From the NCBI RefSeq assembly GCF_009914755.1, contig NC_060942.1: a stretch of DNA of 64,000 bases, one strand, 5' to 3'. The first letter of the stretch is position 1, and each line of letters opens with the position of its first letter. The translations under genes and the position numbers were made by a program. This document shows positions 14,281 to 29,045 of this stretch, in pieces. This DNA comes from the human T2T-CHM13v2.0 reference genome, Homo sapiens. Under the pieces are notes generated by a model. That model did no database searches and was not told the DNA's origin. It saw nothing but the letters and a program-made list of their open reading frames with translations.

Positions 14281-15543
14281 GCTCCCTCAAGTCTCATGGC
14301 GATGGGCGAGTGTATCTGCTGTTACTGAGAAAAGAGAGGGGTAAATAGTTGTGACAGATGATACAAATGTGCACACCTCAGCTGACACAACTCCAGTGGA
14401 ACAGGCTGTCTGTTGTACTGGAACCAATGTGAGCTTTTGGATTTTCGTCGTCTGTGCATGAGAGAGATTCCACTGGACACCAAGCTTATCCACAGCCTCC
14501 ATCCAGAGATATCTGGATTTAATGAACACCCAGTCACTGCCTGCAAACAGGAGATACTGAGTTTCCAGTACATAAGAACTCCTAGATGCATGAATACCTA
14601 AGAAGAAATTAAATGTGAAGATCTGATCAGAAACATAGTGGAACCAGTGAACACTGGCCAAAAGAAAAAAAAAGTCCCATTCCACTGCCTGGACAATAGC
14701 AGGAAGGAATTCCTTATAGTTTCATGCCCTGTATTGGCTTTAGAGTCATTAATGAACAGTATCTATGTCGTATGATCCATGAAGTAGTGAGAATTGTTCA
14801 CACCTGAAACCATTTTCCTACTGGCTACAGAAACGTTACCATCATATGATTTATTATTAAGTGTTGTTTTCCTTGTCAACATTTTGTGGTTTAACAGCCC
14901 ACCTAAGTGTGAATCAGTTATCAACTGGCTTTCTTATTGAAAAGACAGACGAGGCTGCATGAAAATGCTTAGCACATGGGTAGGAAGCAGTGGATGAAAA
15001 TAGCAGAAGTGGGACCCAGAAGATGAACTCTTTTACATTTGATTATTCAGATTATATGTAAGTTCCCATCCTGCTGAAATCTCTTCAGCAGCAAGTTAAC
15101 CTCCAACCTAAGAAAGATGGAAGAAATCAAGAGTTGAAGATGGAGGGGACAGGGACAGTCTCTGTATCTGTGTGCTCCCTGAGGTGGGGACCCCTGCCTC
15201 TCCCATCTTTGCACTCCTCATGCCTACTGTGTACCTGGTGCAGACCAGCTGCCCTGAAATGTTTGAGGTGCTGTGTTACCATTGCCTCTTTTGATTGCCC
15301 ACCGAGTGCCTCCTGAGTCATGCACCCCATCACAGCCCTCACGCAAGGCCTGGAGACAAACCCAGCACACACCGGCCTAGTATTAATTCATAACCATCAT
15401 CATGTACCTAAGATTCTACCTACCTGGATGTTGATTGATGAAATTTATAAAGTATTAGAAGGACTTCAAATCGACTTACAACTATCACATATGAAATGCA
15501 CAAAACCAGCTTTTAAAGCCTTCTATAATTTGTTTAAGACTGA

Positions 15544-15892
<349 letters not shown>

Positions 15893-16669
15893 CTAGACCA
15901 TTACTTTTAAAATGTAAAAAAAAAAAAAAAAAAAAATGGAAAAAGGAAAAGGAAATAAAGAAGCAGCAGTGGGGATCAAGACAGAGGAAGGAGATGCTAC
16001 CTGCCTGCTCCCATCCATCTCCTCTTCACAGTCAGAAACACTAAGAGGAACCCTGTGCTACAGGAGAAGACATTCCAGAAATTTTGTCTTAGGACTTTAA
16101 CCTTTCCGATATATGACTGGGTCATAAACTTCCTTTTCAGAAGCTATTGATCACCCCATCACCTCTGCAAATGGGGTGTCTATAAATGCCATCTGTTGCC
16201 TGCACATTGGCTACTGGTTCATGAATGGTTAAATTTGTTGCAACTTTTGCTTCTGTCCTGTAATGAAGGAAAAGAAACTTTCTTCTAGGAGTGCAGTATC
16301 AAATTTGTCTGGGTAGGTTGAGTTTGTAGGTGTTGCAGGTGCACCTAGGCTTAAAGCATTTGGAGGTATCCTTGCATCTGTGTTAAGAGGCTCTCTCTGT
16401 AGGGGAGAGATCATTGACTCATTGGCCTGTATACTGATGTAATGTCAAGGGGAGGGCCCAGTACCTTTTCTGAAAGGGGCAGCTCTTCCTCAGATTGGGA
16501 ATTGGAATTGGGAGGTTGTCTTGGCCAGAACTGAGAAAGAAAGAGCTCTGGATTGACGTCTCATCTTAAACTTCGTAGAATCTGGATTTGAGAGACAGAG
16601 CACTCACAGGAGATTGGGGCAAAAGAGTGCTTTGTAGGACCATACCTGTGCAGTGATACGTCTCTCTCA

Positions 16670-17071
<402 letters not shown>

Positions 17072-18647
17072 TTCTCAGGTTGCTCTCTGGCTCAGTGATG
17101 CTGTGTGAGAATGTTCAACCATATCTCCACAGCACAAGCTTTGGATCTGATGTCAAGAAGCTTTTGTGAATATTAAAAATGAACCGCATCTCCCTGAATC
17201 AAAATAAATACTACTATATGCACTTCAATGGAAACAAAATCTGGGATTCTTTTTGGGCCCTAAGCAAAATGTAGAAATTCATTTTCCCATCAGACTTTTC
17301 AGTAACTTTCTTTTAACCTAATGAGACACTCCACAGGAGACTAACATTTCTTTCGCTGAATTCCAAGTGTAGGTTTCCTGGGTTGTCCATTTAATTGTTA
17401 AAGTGAGAGAGATTCTGCTGGAAGACAAGCACCATGGAACAGCAGGAGGAAAGCTGAATGGAGGTTACTTGGGAGCTACCCCAGGAAGAAGCGCTGTGCA
17501 GACCATCATCGCAGGGTGGAGAGTAGCCATGAGACGTGTGTGGTGGCCTCTGGATGCTGCTGTGCTGCCTCATGGGAATTTTCACAGATCTTCCACTGTT
17601 TGTAAATGGTGCCCAATGAGCGGAAAATTAAGTGGTACTTAACACACACACGTTCACCAAATACTTGCAGCGTTATCCCCATAGTGTGGATGGCTTTTGA
17701 CAAGGTGCCTGATGAAGAGAGATGCACATAGTTGTGAGTCCCAGCCTACAGAAGCTCATGATGGGTGCTCCACAGTGTTGGTGTTGAGTAAAAATGCCCA
17801 GGACAGTATGCACTGTGCTTGACGCACAGTATGACTAAGAAAATACCTGTTATTATGTGAACAGTGACCATATGCACAGCATACAAATCAGTAGCCCAGT
17901 GCTGTTCTGATGGTCTTGTCCTGAGTGGTTTTTCCCATCTAGTTGGAGACAAGACTCATTCTCTAGAAAGAAGAGCAAAAAATGGTGGGTCCCACCAAGG
18001 CCATGGACAAGGGAAAGGCAGAAACGTGCAGAGGGAGCAGAGACAGAGGAGGCTTGAGACCTGTGTGGAGGGACAGGAAGGGAGCTCGGAAGCCCGTTTT
18101 GTAGCAGATCCCAAATTGTGAAAGTTGATAGTTGTGGAGCACACATATGCAGAGTAACATCTAGAATTCTCAGAGTTGGTGATTTAAAGAAAAGAGAAAA
18201 AAAAAACACTGACTAAAAATTAATCTTCAATTTCCCACAGGCCTTAAACTTCCAGCTGCTAAAAGACAGTGGGGTGTAGGGGGTGGAAAGAGACCTCATC
18301 TAGGAGGGACAGCTTGGTCTATGACAGTTGAGACAGGTGCCAAGGAGGGACGAAGTTGCTCTCTGCCAACTAGACTTAGGGGAAAAAACAACCATAATCA
18401 TGTTTATTTTCATGATAAGCATATGCAAATCAGGCCACTACAATCTGTAAACATGGTAATTCCTCTTTATGGATAAGTTCAACTTAAAAGTTGTGAACAA
18501 GAGCAAAAGGATATAGTTTTCTAGTTTTCTAATGAGCTCAGAGTTTATGCCCAGTTATAGTTGAGCTCTGGAATGGTTTTTCTAGCTCTTCCTGTCCTTC
18601 TGTAGTTCTGGTAGAGAACCTATGAGGACCAGAAACAGAGCAAAGGC

Positions 18648-18810
18648 GGTTTAAATCCTGGCTGAACCGATTGCCCTCCCCATGACCTAGGACAATTGAC
18701 CCAACCTTTGTAGGCCTCAGTTTCCTTTCCTACAAAATAGGCAGGATAACCAGGAGGTCAAAGTGAAGTGACAAGATGTGAACCTGCTCTGTAAGATAAT
18801 AAGCACTATT
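18648..18810 (+). mobile_element. MIR SINE
   Basis: 'ggtttaaatcctggct...tgacctaggacaattga...gcctcagtttcctttcctacaaaatagg'. Confidence 0.7.
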
Positions 18811-20629
18811 TGCTGGGAAGGGATTGCGGCTTCTTAGCTGTCCTTTAAGTGTGGTTGTCTGTGGATTAAGGAAGGAAAACTGGGTGTTAATTCTAAACAG
18901 CCCTCTGAATCAACTGGGGCTGAAGACCTGGGTGAGGGTAATCTATAGTCTGTGGATGTTAGGTGGTTAACTTCAAATAATTAGGAACAACACTGAAATA
19001 TTTGACCATATCTAGTGCATCTGCTGAAAATTCTTTTTGAAAACTTAAACCCTGTAGTAGATTAAACCAGCCTTGGGCTACAGCCTGAAGCATGTGCCAA
19101 TGAACCGTAGGCCTGCTAAGACCAGGAGAAGTACCAGGTGATAGAAAACAAAATGAATTTGGTGAATCTTACCTTCCCCACCCCTCCCTCCTTTTCCTCC
19201 CTTCCCTCATTTGAGGTTTAGATGTCCTGTTTCCTATAAACTCTCACATGCCCTGGTTTTTGACTAACGCATTTGTGATTAGACGAGGACATGGATAACT
19301 AATGAGAAGCCTCGTCACCCACGCAGCAGAGGAGCAGTGGAGAGATCACTCCTGAGTGTGCGTGCTGTGCTTAGCATAGCAGTGCGGCTCATAACCGTAT
19401 GGGGGTGTTTAACAATGCCACTTGGTGATTTTTATGATGTCATGCCACAGTCTTCTTATGTCAGTTGGGCTCCTCCCACACCTATTATGAGGCATGAGAA
19501 TGAAAGATCCCGCAGTTTATGGGCTGAGTCACAGTAGATGATTTGTAGGATTAAGATTAATCAGTGGCCTCTGATTAGAGTCTTAGTTAAATGAATCTGC
19601 TCCCTCCATGGGTCTTCGGTATTTAGAGACTTGGTCCAGGTTATCCTGTTAACCCGCTTTATTAGAGAATCTTATTGCTTTTTTTATGGGATTGTGAGAG
19701 CCCAAAGGTTTTTACTTTCAGCTGCTGCTGCTATTTTGCCCCTAAAAATAGAGAGTAAGCCATATTTTTTTTCTTTGGAAGAAAATGTTTTCTTTAAACT
19801 GTCATAGAAAAGGAGACTTTTCAAGCACATAGAAGTTATCTCAACTTTGGACTTGTGAAGAGAGCTGTCTGCATACACCGCATCTGGAATGAATAGGCAC
19901 GATTCCTTCCCTCTGAGGGGTCTGCGGTGTCCCAGTCAGTGCAGAGGAGTTCAGGACACCGGTTCGATGCCTCTGAAGGAACAGCCATCATCATCCCTGG
20001 AAACATAGATTGTTGGTTGGTAGAGCTTATTGCTAAATTTGAAGAGTGTGCATCAGACACTAAAGCTGGTCCTTTCGTGAAGTGGGGTTTGGAGGCTGCA
20101 CATTGCCAGAAAGAACCTGGCTTGCATCCCTTCCCTCTTCGTCACTCCCTGGCTTTTGGAGCCTCTTCATTAGGCTTGCTTGTGAAGTGTGTCCCTGTGC
20201 TCGGGTTCTCTTTCTGGATCTCAGTCCCCCTCAGATTGTCTGGTCCTTACTGTGATCTTCACACCTGACTCCGTTTTCTGAGTCCTGCTACCTAGTTCCA
20301 GCTCCAAGTCTCAAGTTCCCATGCAGGCCTCAGGCACACACAGACACATGTTCACTTTTGGGAAGATTCCACCCTGCCTCTGTGGCAGCTGTGCTGTGAG
20401 GCCGTTGAGAAGCCATGCACTATGTCAGCAGCGTTCTTTTCCCCCAGACTCTCAGACCCTGTGTGCCCCTCTCTGCACCGTGACCCTGTTTGTGGGACCC
20501 CGCTTTGGCTGTTTTGTCTCTTTGTTCTCTTCTCTTCCTCTTGAAAAGTGGACTCCCCTGGAGCTGTTCTTGACTGTTGTGTGATGTTGTCTACATTCCC
20601 TTTTGTGTTTTATTCACTAACTTCAAATT

Positions 20630-21500
20630 CCTGATCATCTGCCTGCAGACCACGCATAGAGCTTCTCCTAGTCAGCCTCACTGGCATCCCCAAACACTCC
20701 ATTTGCCTGGCCAACCTCCAGCTCCACCTTTCTGTGATTTCCCTGCTCCTGTGAATGGTATCACCAGCCATCTAGTTAGCCGCTGCCATTGTCAGCCATC
20801 CCCTTCCTCCCACCCCTGGTGGTTCTGGCTTCACGTACCCTTCCCACCCCTCTTTAATATCTCAGAGTTCTGCGCTAATCTGGACCCTCATGCTGCTGGA
20901 GGGTACGCATGGCTGCACTGGTCACTCAGCGGCCCAGCTATCTCCATAGAATGGCCTAATGCCCATGTCTAAATCATGTTACTCTCATGCTCAGCCAATC
21001 CTCAGACCTTCAAGGGGTGCTCACAGGTTGCAAAAGGAAGCCCAAACATTTCAAAGTATTGGCCATGCCCCATATTCCCCGTCCTAATCTACTTGTAGCT
21101 GCACCAAACCCTTCACCTTATACAGCCTCCCTCTGGTCCTGGGGACTGTCTCTTAATGTTGCCCCTTTTGTGTCCTTTGCTTGTGTGAGTTCTTCTCTCT
21201 GGGACACTCAACTCTTCTGACCAAATCCCAGTTCAAACACAGTCTCCTTCAGGAAGCCTTTCTTGGTCTCTGAAGAGATCCTTCTTTCCCTGGGCTTCCC
21301 CAGCCCACCCGCTAAGTTGAGTATCCTAGAGGCACTTGCCCCGGCCTCTAGCTGCCCAGGAGTGATTTGTGTTCTTAGAAGCCTCATCTTCCTTTCAACT
21401 CTAAGTCCATTGAGTCAAGAACCTTGTCTTCTTAATGTATGTATCTTTCATTTACTGTATGAACTTGCTTTACTATGGTAAGCCCTGACAAATGATTGAT
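20630..21500 (+). mobile_element. L2 LINE fragment
   Basis: 'ctgtgaatggtatcaccagccatctagttagcc', 'tctaaatcatgttactctcatgctc', 'gtctccttcaggaagcctttcttg'. Confidence 0.65.
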
Positions 21501-23324
21501 TTCATCTTGTTGGAAGAAAGACGGCCTGGCTTCCATGAGGGGAGTTTTATATGTCTTACGTACTCTGCAAAAATCCTTATTGAGAGTTTTCTCCTATTTT
21601 AAATCAGACTCCAATTTGTGGATTAAAATTAGGTGACATGAAAGAATTTACAAAACATGATTCTTCTTTGGTCGTAATTTTTTGAGTGATATTTTTTCTT
21701 AATTCCATGTATATCTATCTCTTTTGTTGTTTTAAGACCTTGAACTGGGGCAAGCCCTTGATAGTTTCTTTAAGGAAGAAAAGAGAAACACATAAATTTG
21801 AAAATTCTAGTAGCTAAAATACTTCAAAAGTTAAGCTAATAGAATTAGCTCAAGAGAAATTATAATAACCTATATAATAACCTATATAGTCTCCAGTTAA
21901 GCATAATTTGCATAATCCCAGAATGGAATATGTCTGAACTTTCAGGAAAAAACTAATAAGATCAGCATTTATTGTTTTATTTTTTATTGCTTCTGAAAAA
22001 TTGTATTGGTATTGCTTTGTGTGAATAGGTCTCCAGGAGTAAATTATGATCAAAATTCAAAGCCATCATAAATTAAATGTGTTTTTTTTCCTGCTTTGGT
22101 ATACAAGACTTTCCATTAAGCTAGACTCATATAATATACCTTGGATATGTTCAAGAAAGCCCTGTAAATTATGGTAAGTATTTAAAATGGTAAGTAGACA
22201 TTGGAAAAGGCCACATTAGGATTAATGAATGAAGGGGTTGATACTGAAAATGCACTTGTAAATAAATAACATAAAAAGTAAAGATGACACATTGTTAGGT
22301 GAGAGTTACAAGTAGAGTATGACACTAAATTGCAGGGTGGCAACAGCATGTTCATGGAACTTCAGTTTCTTTGTAGGAGCGTTTCTAATTTCTGTCTAGC
22401 AAAATCTTCCCAGTTTCATCCAGTCTGAGTTCCATCCTGCGGCTCTTCCTGTGCCTTCCTTTCAGATATGAGAAGTGCCTGAGATTTCCTTCCTTAGCAG
22501 TCAATCCCCTTCCTGCCAGCATTTGGAGGACTATTCACCCAACAGTAGGGGACCGATAGAAGGTGGAGCTGGCTTTGTCATAGAGATTGCATTTTCTCTC
22601 AGCAGCCCAGGACTAAATGATCTGGGGAAGGAGGAGGACACGGGAATCATGTTACTTGTGACAAAATGGAAGCACTAAGCAAGAAATGCACACACAGGCC
22701 GGGGTGCACTTTAAATACATGCGCTCATCTGCCTCCAGGAAGGTGTGGGGCAGTGAACCGCGCTTTGAGGAAAACATAAAAAGAGGACAGTGCATATTTG
22801 GACTGTTATTTAAAAATTTGTGTGGCTTTGACAGAATAGAGTGGAGACACTTGGAAAAGTATCTCGGGTATATTTAAAGTTTTGGCACAAAGTTCAGTTA
22901 ACACTCTCCTTAGGCATATAGACTTGCAGCTATATAAACTCAGCTTTCCTAAATTATCTATACATATATATGAATATGCATATGTTATATGATGAGAGAG
23001 ATTTCCTTCTGAGATGTTCATTTTTTCTAACACCCAAGTTTGCATAGCCCCAATTATGTGATTTGCAATACCTGTTAGATTTCCCATTTGCTAAAGAAGA
23101 TGACTTCAGCTTGAACCACTAGAAATATGCTTTTAGAATTTATGCAGAGATGCTTCACTCAGGTAAGTGGTAAGAAGAAATTCAAGAATAAAGGCTGGAT
23201 TCTATATCATAGAAAGAATAATAATGTGGATGGAAAGTTTACAGTGTCATGTAAAATACTGACAGGAAGCCTGAAGCCCTAAGAAACCATGAGAATTTCT
23301 AGATTTAAAAAGATGATTAGAGAG

Positions 23325-24250
23325 GCTCTGCTTCTGATAATAGTGGAGAAGCTTGCCCCAGAATAACCTTCCCGCAGATAACAATTACAAAGTCTGGACA
23401 AGATGTAAAAAACAACTGTTCAAAAGCATTGGAGAATGGTGAAAGGCAGGCAGCAACCGGGGAGGCAACCCTCAAAAGATGGGGATTCACTGGGTACCAT
23501 TTGCATTTCTTCTCCTTTTTTTTTTGCTTGCCTTAAGGTACTCCCAAAACTTCTTGGGTTCTGCCCCTGCACAGCAGGGGCAGAACCCAAGAAGAACTTT
23601 GTACCCTTATCTGCTTGAGAAGTCACCAGGCATAGTCTGAAGCTCATGGCAGCTAGAAAGTGGAGGGGGAATTCCAGAAATCAGGGGTACACAAAGGATA
23701 GCAACAAAATCTGTGCATGCGCTTTTTCCTGCCCCTGGGTAACCACTGGACTGCATGTGCATGGGGAAGCCCCCACATTTCCCTGCGAAAAGCAACAGCT
23801 GCAAGGCTAAAGACTCAGCAGTGTCCCCTCCTGCCGACTGCAAGGAGGACAGTTTGGAGTTTTGCCGTAAAGTTAAGTGGCTGCTAGAGCAAAAACTAAT
23901 GTGCATTAGAAGAACATAGCAGAATCCAAAGTCTCTAGACTATGCATCCACAGTGTGTAGTCTAATAAGAAATGATTACCCATGCACAGGAACCAGAAGA
24001 TTTTACCCACAGCCAAGAGAAATGGACATTGATTTGATCTAGATGTTGGATTTAGCAGTCAAGGACTTTTAAAACAACATTTATAAGTATGTTCAAGGAC
24101 TTAAGGGAAAATGTGGTTATTATAAGTGGACAGACCAGGAATCTCAGCAGAGAAATAGAAGTTATAAAAATAGAAGGAAATTCTAAAATGGAAAAGTGCA
24201 GTGTTGAAATACAAATGATTTCTGGATGGATCAAAGCAGTGATGGAATGA
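23325..24250 (+). mobile_element. Old L1M 5'UTR/ORF1 fragment
   Basis: 'gatgttggatttagcagtcaaggacttttaaaacaacatttataagtatgttcaaggacttaaggg...aatctcagcagagaaatagaa' is typical L1M ORF1. Confidence 0.65.
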
Positions 24251-25016
24251 GAAAGTCAGCAATAGATCCTAAAAGCAGTGGGTGAAAGTTAAACGAGGAA
24301 TAGGTCTCAGGTTATGTCCCTGTAAATTACTTGTTAATTACAAATGGAAAAGTAGAACCTCACAGTTCAGAAACCTGGTGAATTTCATTTTAAATAAGTG
24401 ATCGAAGCTAACATCACTAATATTGGGACAGTGACATCCTGGGCTTCTCATTTGCTGCAATGAGAAAGATGCATTTCTGCGTAATTCCTGCCATAGTGCA
24501 GAACCGGAATCTAGTCACAAGGAAACCTCAGCAACCCCCAGTGAGGAGACATCTACAGAGTAAGTGGCCTGTACTTTTCACAATGTTAAGATGAAGAAAG
24601 ACAGAGGCTGAGCAACAGTTCCAGATGCAAAGAGACGAAGTAGACATGATAAGCAGATGCATGTGGGATCTGGCCCGTTGCTGGGCTGGAGGGGGCAGTT
24701 TTAAGGACACCATTGGGGCAGTTGACACAATTTGCATCTAGGCTGTGGATTAGATAATCGTATTGTTTCTATGTGAAAATGTTCTGCTTTGGATAATTGT
24801 AACTGGGCCATATAAGAGAAAGCCCTTGTTCTTATTGAATGCACACTCAGGTATTTAGGGGTAAAGGAACCCAAGGTTGCCAAATTACTTTCATTTCCAT
24901 TTCTTTCCCTTTCTGTCTCTGTCTCTGTCTCTCTCTCCCTGTCTCTTTCTTTCAACTGATAAAGCAAATGTATAGCAAAATATAAACTGGTGAATCTGGG
25001 TAAATAACAATGAATG

Positions 25017-25385
<369 letters not shown>

Positions 25386-26149
25386 TTTGCATTCATATTA
25401 AAATTCAAATGTTATAAATAGGCATAAATCAATAATTGATAGTTTTGAGCTCCTTCATTCCTAAAACCAATGACTTCCAAGTTTGTCTTCTTCTCACCCG
25501 CTATTTTGACACAATGAAGTCCTTTCTTGACAATTTATCTGACTTCGGCTTAGGAATCACCTTGTCTTTCAAAATTGTTCTCACATTATTTGAAAAAATA
25601 TTTTTTATTCTTTTGTCTTGTGGATCCTCTCTTAGTCCCCTCCCATCTACTTAATTTAGGAAATTAACTAGAATTACCTTAAAAAATTGTGAATGAATGA
25701 ATTTTGAAGTACTTGAAAATCACAGTTTGCTCTGAACCATTCAAAATAAAAATATTTACATACTAAATTTTTAAAAAGTGAGATATAGGTCTCCATACTA
25801 TGAATGCTAAATTCTTTCTCTTTGCACTTCATCTTCCTCCATTTCTCCCCTTCTATACTCAATTGGCATGTGACTATCTCACTTCTACCAACTGCATCAG
25901 GTATTAAGGGGCATTAATTTATTTGAAGCGTGTAAAGTCATTCTGCTAATAAGTAACAAGTACCTCTAGTAGTTGGCACAAAAGGCACCAGTAATGAAAA
26001 TTAACAGTTTGCATCAAAGCTATTCGCAGACCTTCCTTGACACCGGTGAGCACCTGAGGCTCTGCTGTCCTTTTCTGGATGCTCCTCTGGCCCTGGATCA
26101 TCGATGCCACAAGATAAAATGTACTCACACAGTGAATATGCATTCTGTG

Positions 26150-27860
26150 TCTTCTTACACATGCTAGGCTTCAGGGATTCAGCAGACAACACAACGGAAA
26201 AATATCTTCATCCTTATGGAATTTCTATTTAATGAGAGAGCGAAACAATAAAAAAATAAAGAATAGGTTAGGTGGTCCACCATGGGGAACAGTTTGGAGA
26301 TTCTTTGAAAAACTAAAAATAGAGCTACCATATGATCCAGCGATCCCGCTGCTAGGGATCCACCCAAAAGAAAGGAAATCAGTATATTGAAGAGATATCT
26401 GCACTCCCATGTTTATTGCAGCACTATTCACAAAAGCCAAGATTTGGAAGTAACCTAAGTGTCCATCAACAGATGAATAAATAAAAAAAAAGGGGTACAT
26501 ATACACAATGGAGTACTATTCAGCCATGACAAAGAATGAGATTCAGTCATTTGCAACAGCTTGGATAGAACTGGATGTCATTATGTTAAGTGAAATCAGC
26601 CAGGCACAGAAAGACATGCATCACATGTTCTCACTTATTTGTGGGAGCTAAAAATCAAAACAATTGAATTCAAGGAGATAGAGACTAGAAGGATGGTTAC
26701 CAGAGGCTGGAAAGGGTAGTGGGGGAGGGGAAGGGGAGAGGTGGGGATGGTTAATGGGCACAAAAAAAATTAGAAAGAATGAGTAAGACATGCTATTCAA
26801 TAGCACAACAGGGTGACTATAGTCAACAATAATGTAATAGTACACTTAAAAATAATTTAAAAACTATAATTGGATTGTCTGTAACACAAAGGATAAATGC
26901 ATTGCATGCCAGTATCAGAACATCTCATGTGCTCCATAAATATATACACCTAGTATGTACCCACAAAAATTAAACGTTGACTAGGTTAGAGAGTGATAGG
27001 TACTCAGGAGAAAAACAAGACAGGAAAGGAGCATAAAAAACACTGGTAAGGAAGTGGGTACATTTGAGAGTGGTCAGGGAGTGTGACCTTGAAGTTAAAG
27101 TATGAAGGCGAAGAGAAAGGAGCCACATGGAAGGCCAGGTAAGAAACAGCAAGAGCAGAGGTTCCTGAGTAGGAGGCTGCCTGACTTGGTCAAAACCAGC
27201 CAGGAGGTGAGTGTGGGGAGGGGTGGAGATGTGAGTGGAGCAGTGAGACCTTGGGGATCATAGAGGTACTCAATATTTTCTTTGGATGAGATGGGAAGCC
27301 AGCGGAGGTTCTGCAGCAGAGGAATGGCATGATCTGACACAGGAGAGTAAACGAGGGAGATTTGTGGGAGGAAGCAGGGAGAATGTCACAAAGCCACTGC
27401 CAGGATCTGGACCACAATGTTGGTGGCTTGGACCAGGGTAGGAGAGATGCAAGTGGTGAGAAGTGGTTGGGCTCTGTGTGTATTTTTAAGGAAGGGTAAA
27501 CAAGATCTGTGGATTGACTCAATGCACATTGGGAGTGAAAGAGAGGAGCCAAGGAGGATAGTAAGGTGCTTGGCCTGAGTAACTGCAAGAATGAAGTTGC
27601 CATTTGCTGCGATAGGGAAGGCTGTGAGGGAGGATACCAGGAGCTCAGCTGGGGAAATGTGAAGCTTGAGAGCCTATTAAATATCCCCATGAGATGTCAA
27701 GGTCATAGTTTGATTTTTAAGTCTGGAGTTTAGAGTAGGGAATCAGGCTGAAGATACACGTTTGGGAGACATCAGCATATAAACACTATTTAAAGATATG
27801 AGACTGTAGGAGATGGTTGAGTGGGCAGGTCTCACTAGAAAGGAGAAGACTCAGAGATTG
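26150..27860 (-). mobile_element. L2 LINE (antisense), split by an L1MA insertion
   Basis: 'tgctaggcttcagggattcagcag...', 'gagatgggaagccagcggaggttctgcagcagaggaatggcatgatctgac', 'ttggcctgagtaactgcaagaatgaagttgccatt'. Confidence 0.85.
26275..26974 (+). mobile_element. L1MA (MA1-3-like) 5'-truncated 3' end
   Basis: 'aaactaaaaatagagctaccatatgatccagcgatcccgctgctagg...cacatgttctcacttatttgtgggagctaaaa...atgtacccacaaaaattaaa'; G-rich 3'UTR tract at ~26714-26747. Confidence 0.92.
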
Positions 27861-29003
27861 AGGTCTGAGCATGACCACCATTGGGTGGTCATGCTGCCCA
27901 CTTACCAGCAGTGTTCATGGGGACATCTAGGCCAAGAAGTGGGGAGAGCCACTGGGAAAAGGGAGCAAACTTGAATCACTGCCTCTGGCTGAGACAGACT
28001 CCATCCTAATTGCAGGCACCTGGAGTTGACTTTTCAAGACTGCTCCTATCACAAGGACTGGAGTCAAAAAACACTGGAGTCAAAAATATTAAGCTGATCC
28101 CTGGGCACCACTCTTGTATTTCTAGATAGAGGTGCCCCCCGAGCAGGTGAAAGCATTAGAGAGAGATGGGAGGGCATTTGAGTTGTCAACAGGGAAATCC
28201 CCTAATCGTCTGCAGTTCCCAAATAGAGCCTCTCTGGGGGTCGCCCAGGCAAACACCAGCTGCCAGAGGTGATCCCCTTAGTCATTGAGCAACCCAGTTC
28301 AGGGTCCTGCTAAGGGCTCACCCACATTGAGAATAATTCTAGAGTCTGCCAGTTTTCCCACATTCTTTTCTTGGGAGTCTGGATGTTGGCTCACAATTTT
28401 GGCATGTGAATGTCTGCCTGCAGATGTTCATCTGTCTCCCTTAACCTTCACAGTGAAGCAAATATACACAGATGAAAGATGCAATGTGAAGTACTGAACA
28501 GGTTAAGTTAAAAATGTTCCCTGACACTCTGGAGGCACAGACACTAACCGTGTTTTTTCATCTAAGCAGATATCTGTGCTGAATTGCTGGGACAAATGCA
28601 CCGAACATTGCCTTCACCTTCAGCGTCGCCTTCATTCTGCCCCTGTTGAACTAGGCTAGCATTAGTCTCACCAGGGAACTGGGAAAATAAGTAACTGGGC
28701 AAGAAGGGAAAGTGAAATTCAGGGTTGAACATCCTTGTTTTATTGATGGCATGCATCCCCAAGTGTCCTATTATCCCCTGAGCAGCCTTGCGTACATGCT
28801 AAACAGAAGTGGCTGTCCTGGGGGTAATGGATGGTCCCCTGGGACTTTCTCCAGAAGAAAACTGCCCTTATATGGGCATCAACTGCTCTCAAGAGGGATG
28901 GAACTTTATTCATGTTCTTCCATCATAAACCTGGGCTCAAATGAGAACCCAGCTACCCATCCCGGAAAAAAAAATCACTGTTTTTTTTTGCTTTGCATTT
29001 TAG

Positions 29004-29045
29004 GAATCTCTCCTTGAGCAAAGACCTTGATCAATTCAGAGGCTG
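29004..29045 (+). ncRNA. Candidate small exon (42 nt)
   Basis: Acceptor 'tttttttttgctttgcattttag|' and donor 'ctg|gtgagt'. Confidence 0.3.

Noticed and set aside
14340-14700. Possible processed pseudogene fragment followed by an A-run
   Set aside because: No frame resembles a protein I recognise; the A-run is short and no TSD is visible
26179-27690. ORFs of 60-166 aa in this interval
   Set aside because: They lie within decayed L1MA and L2 elements
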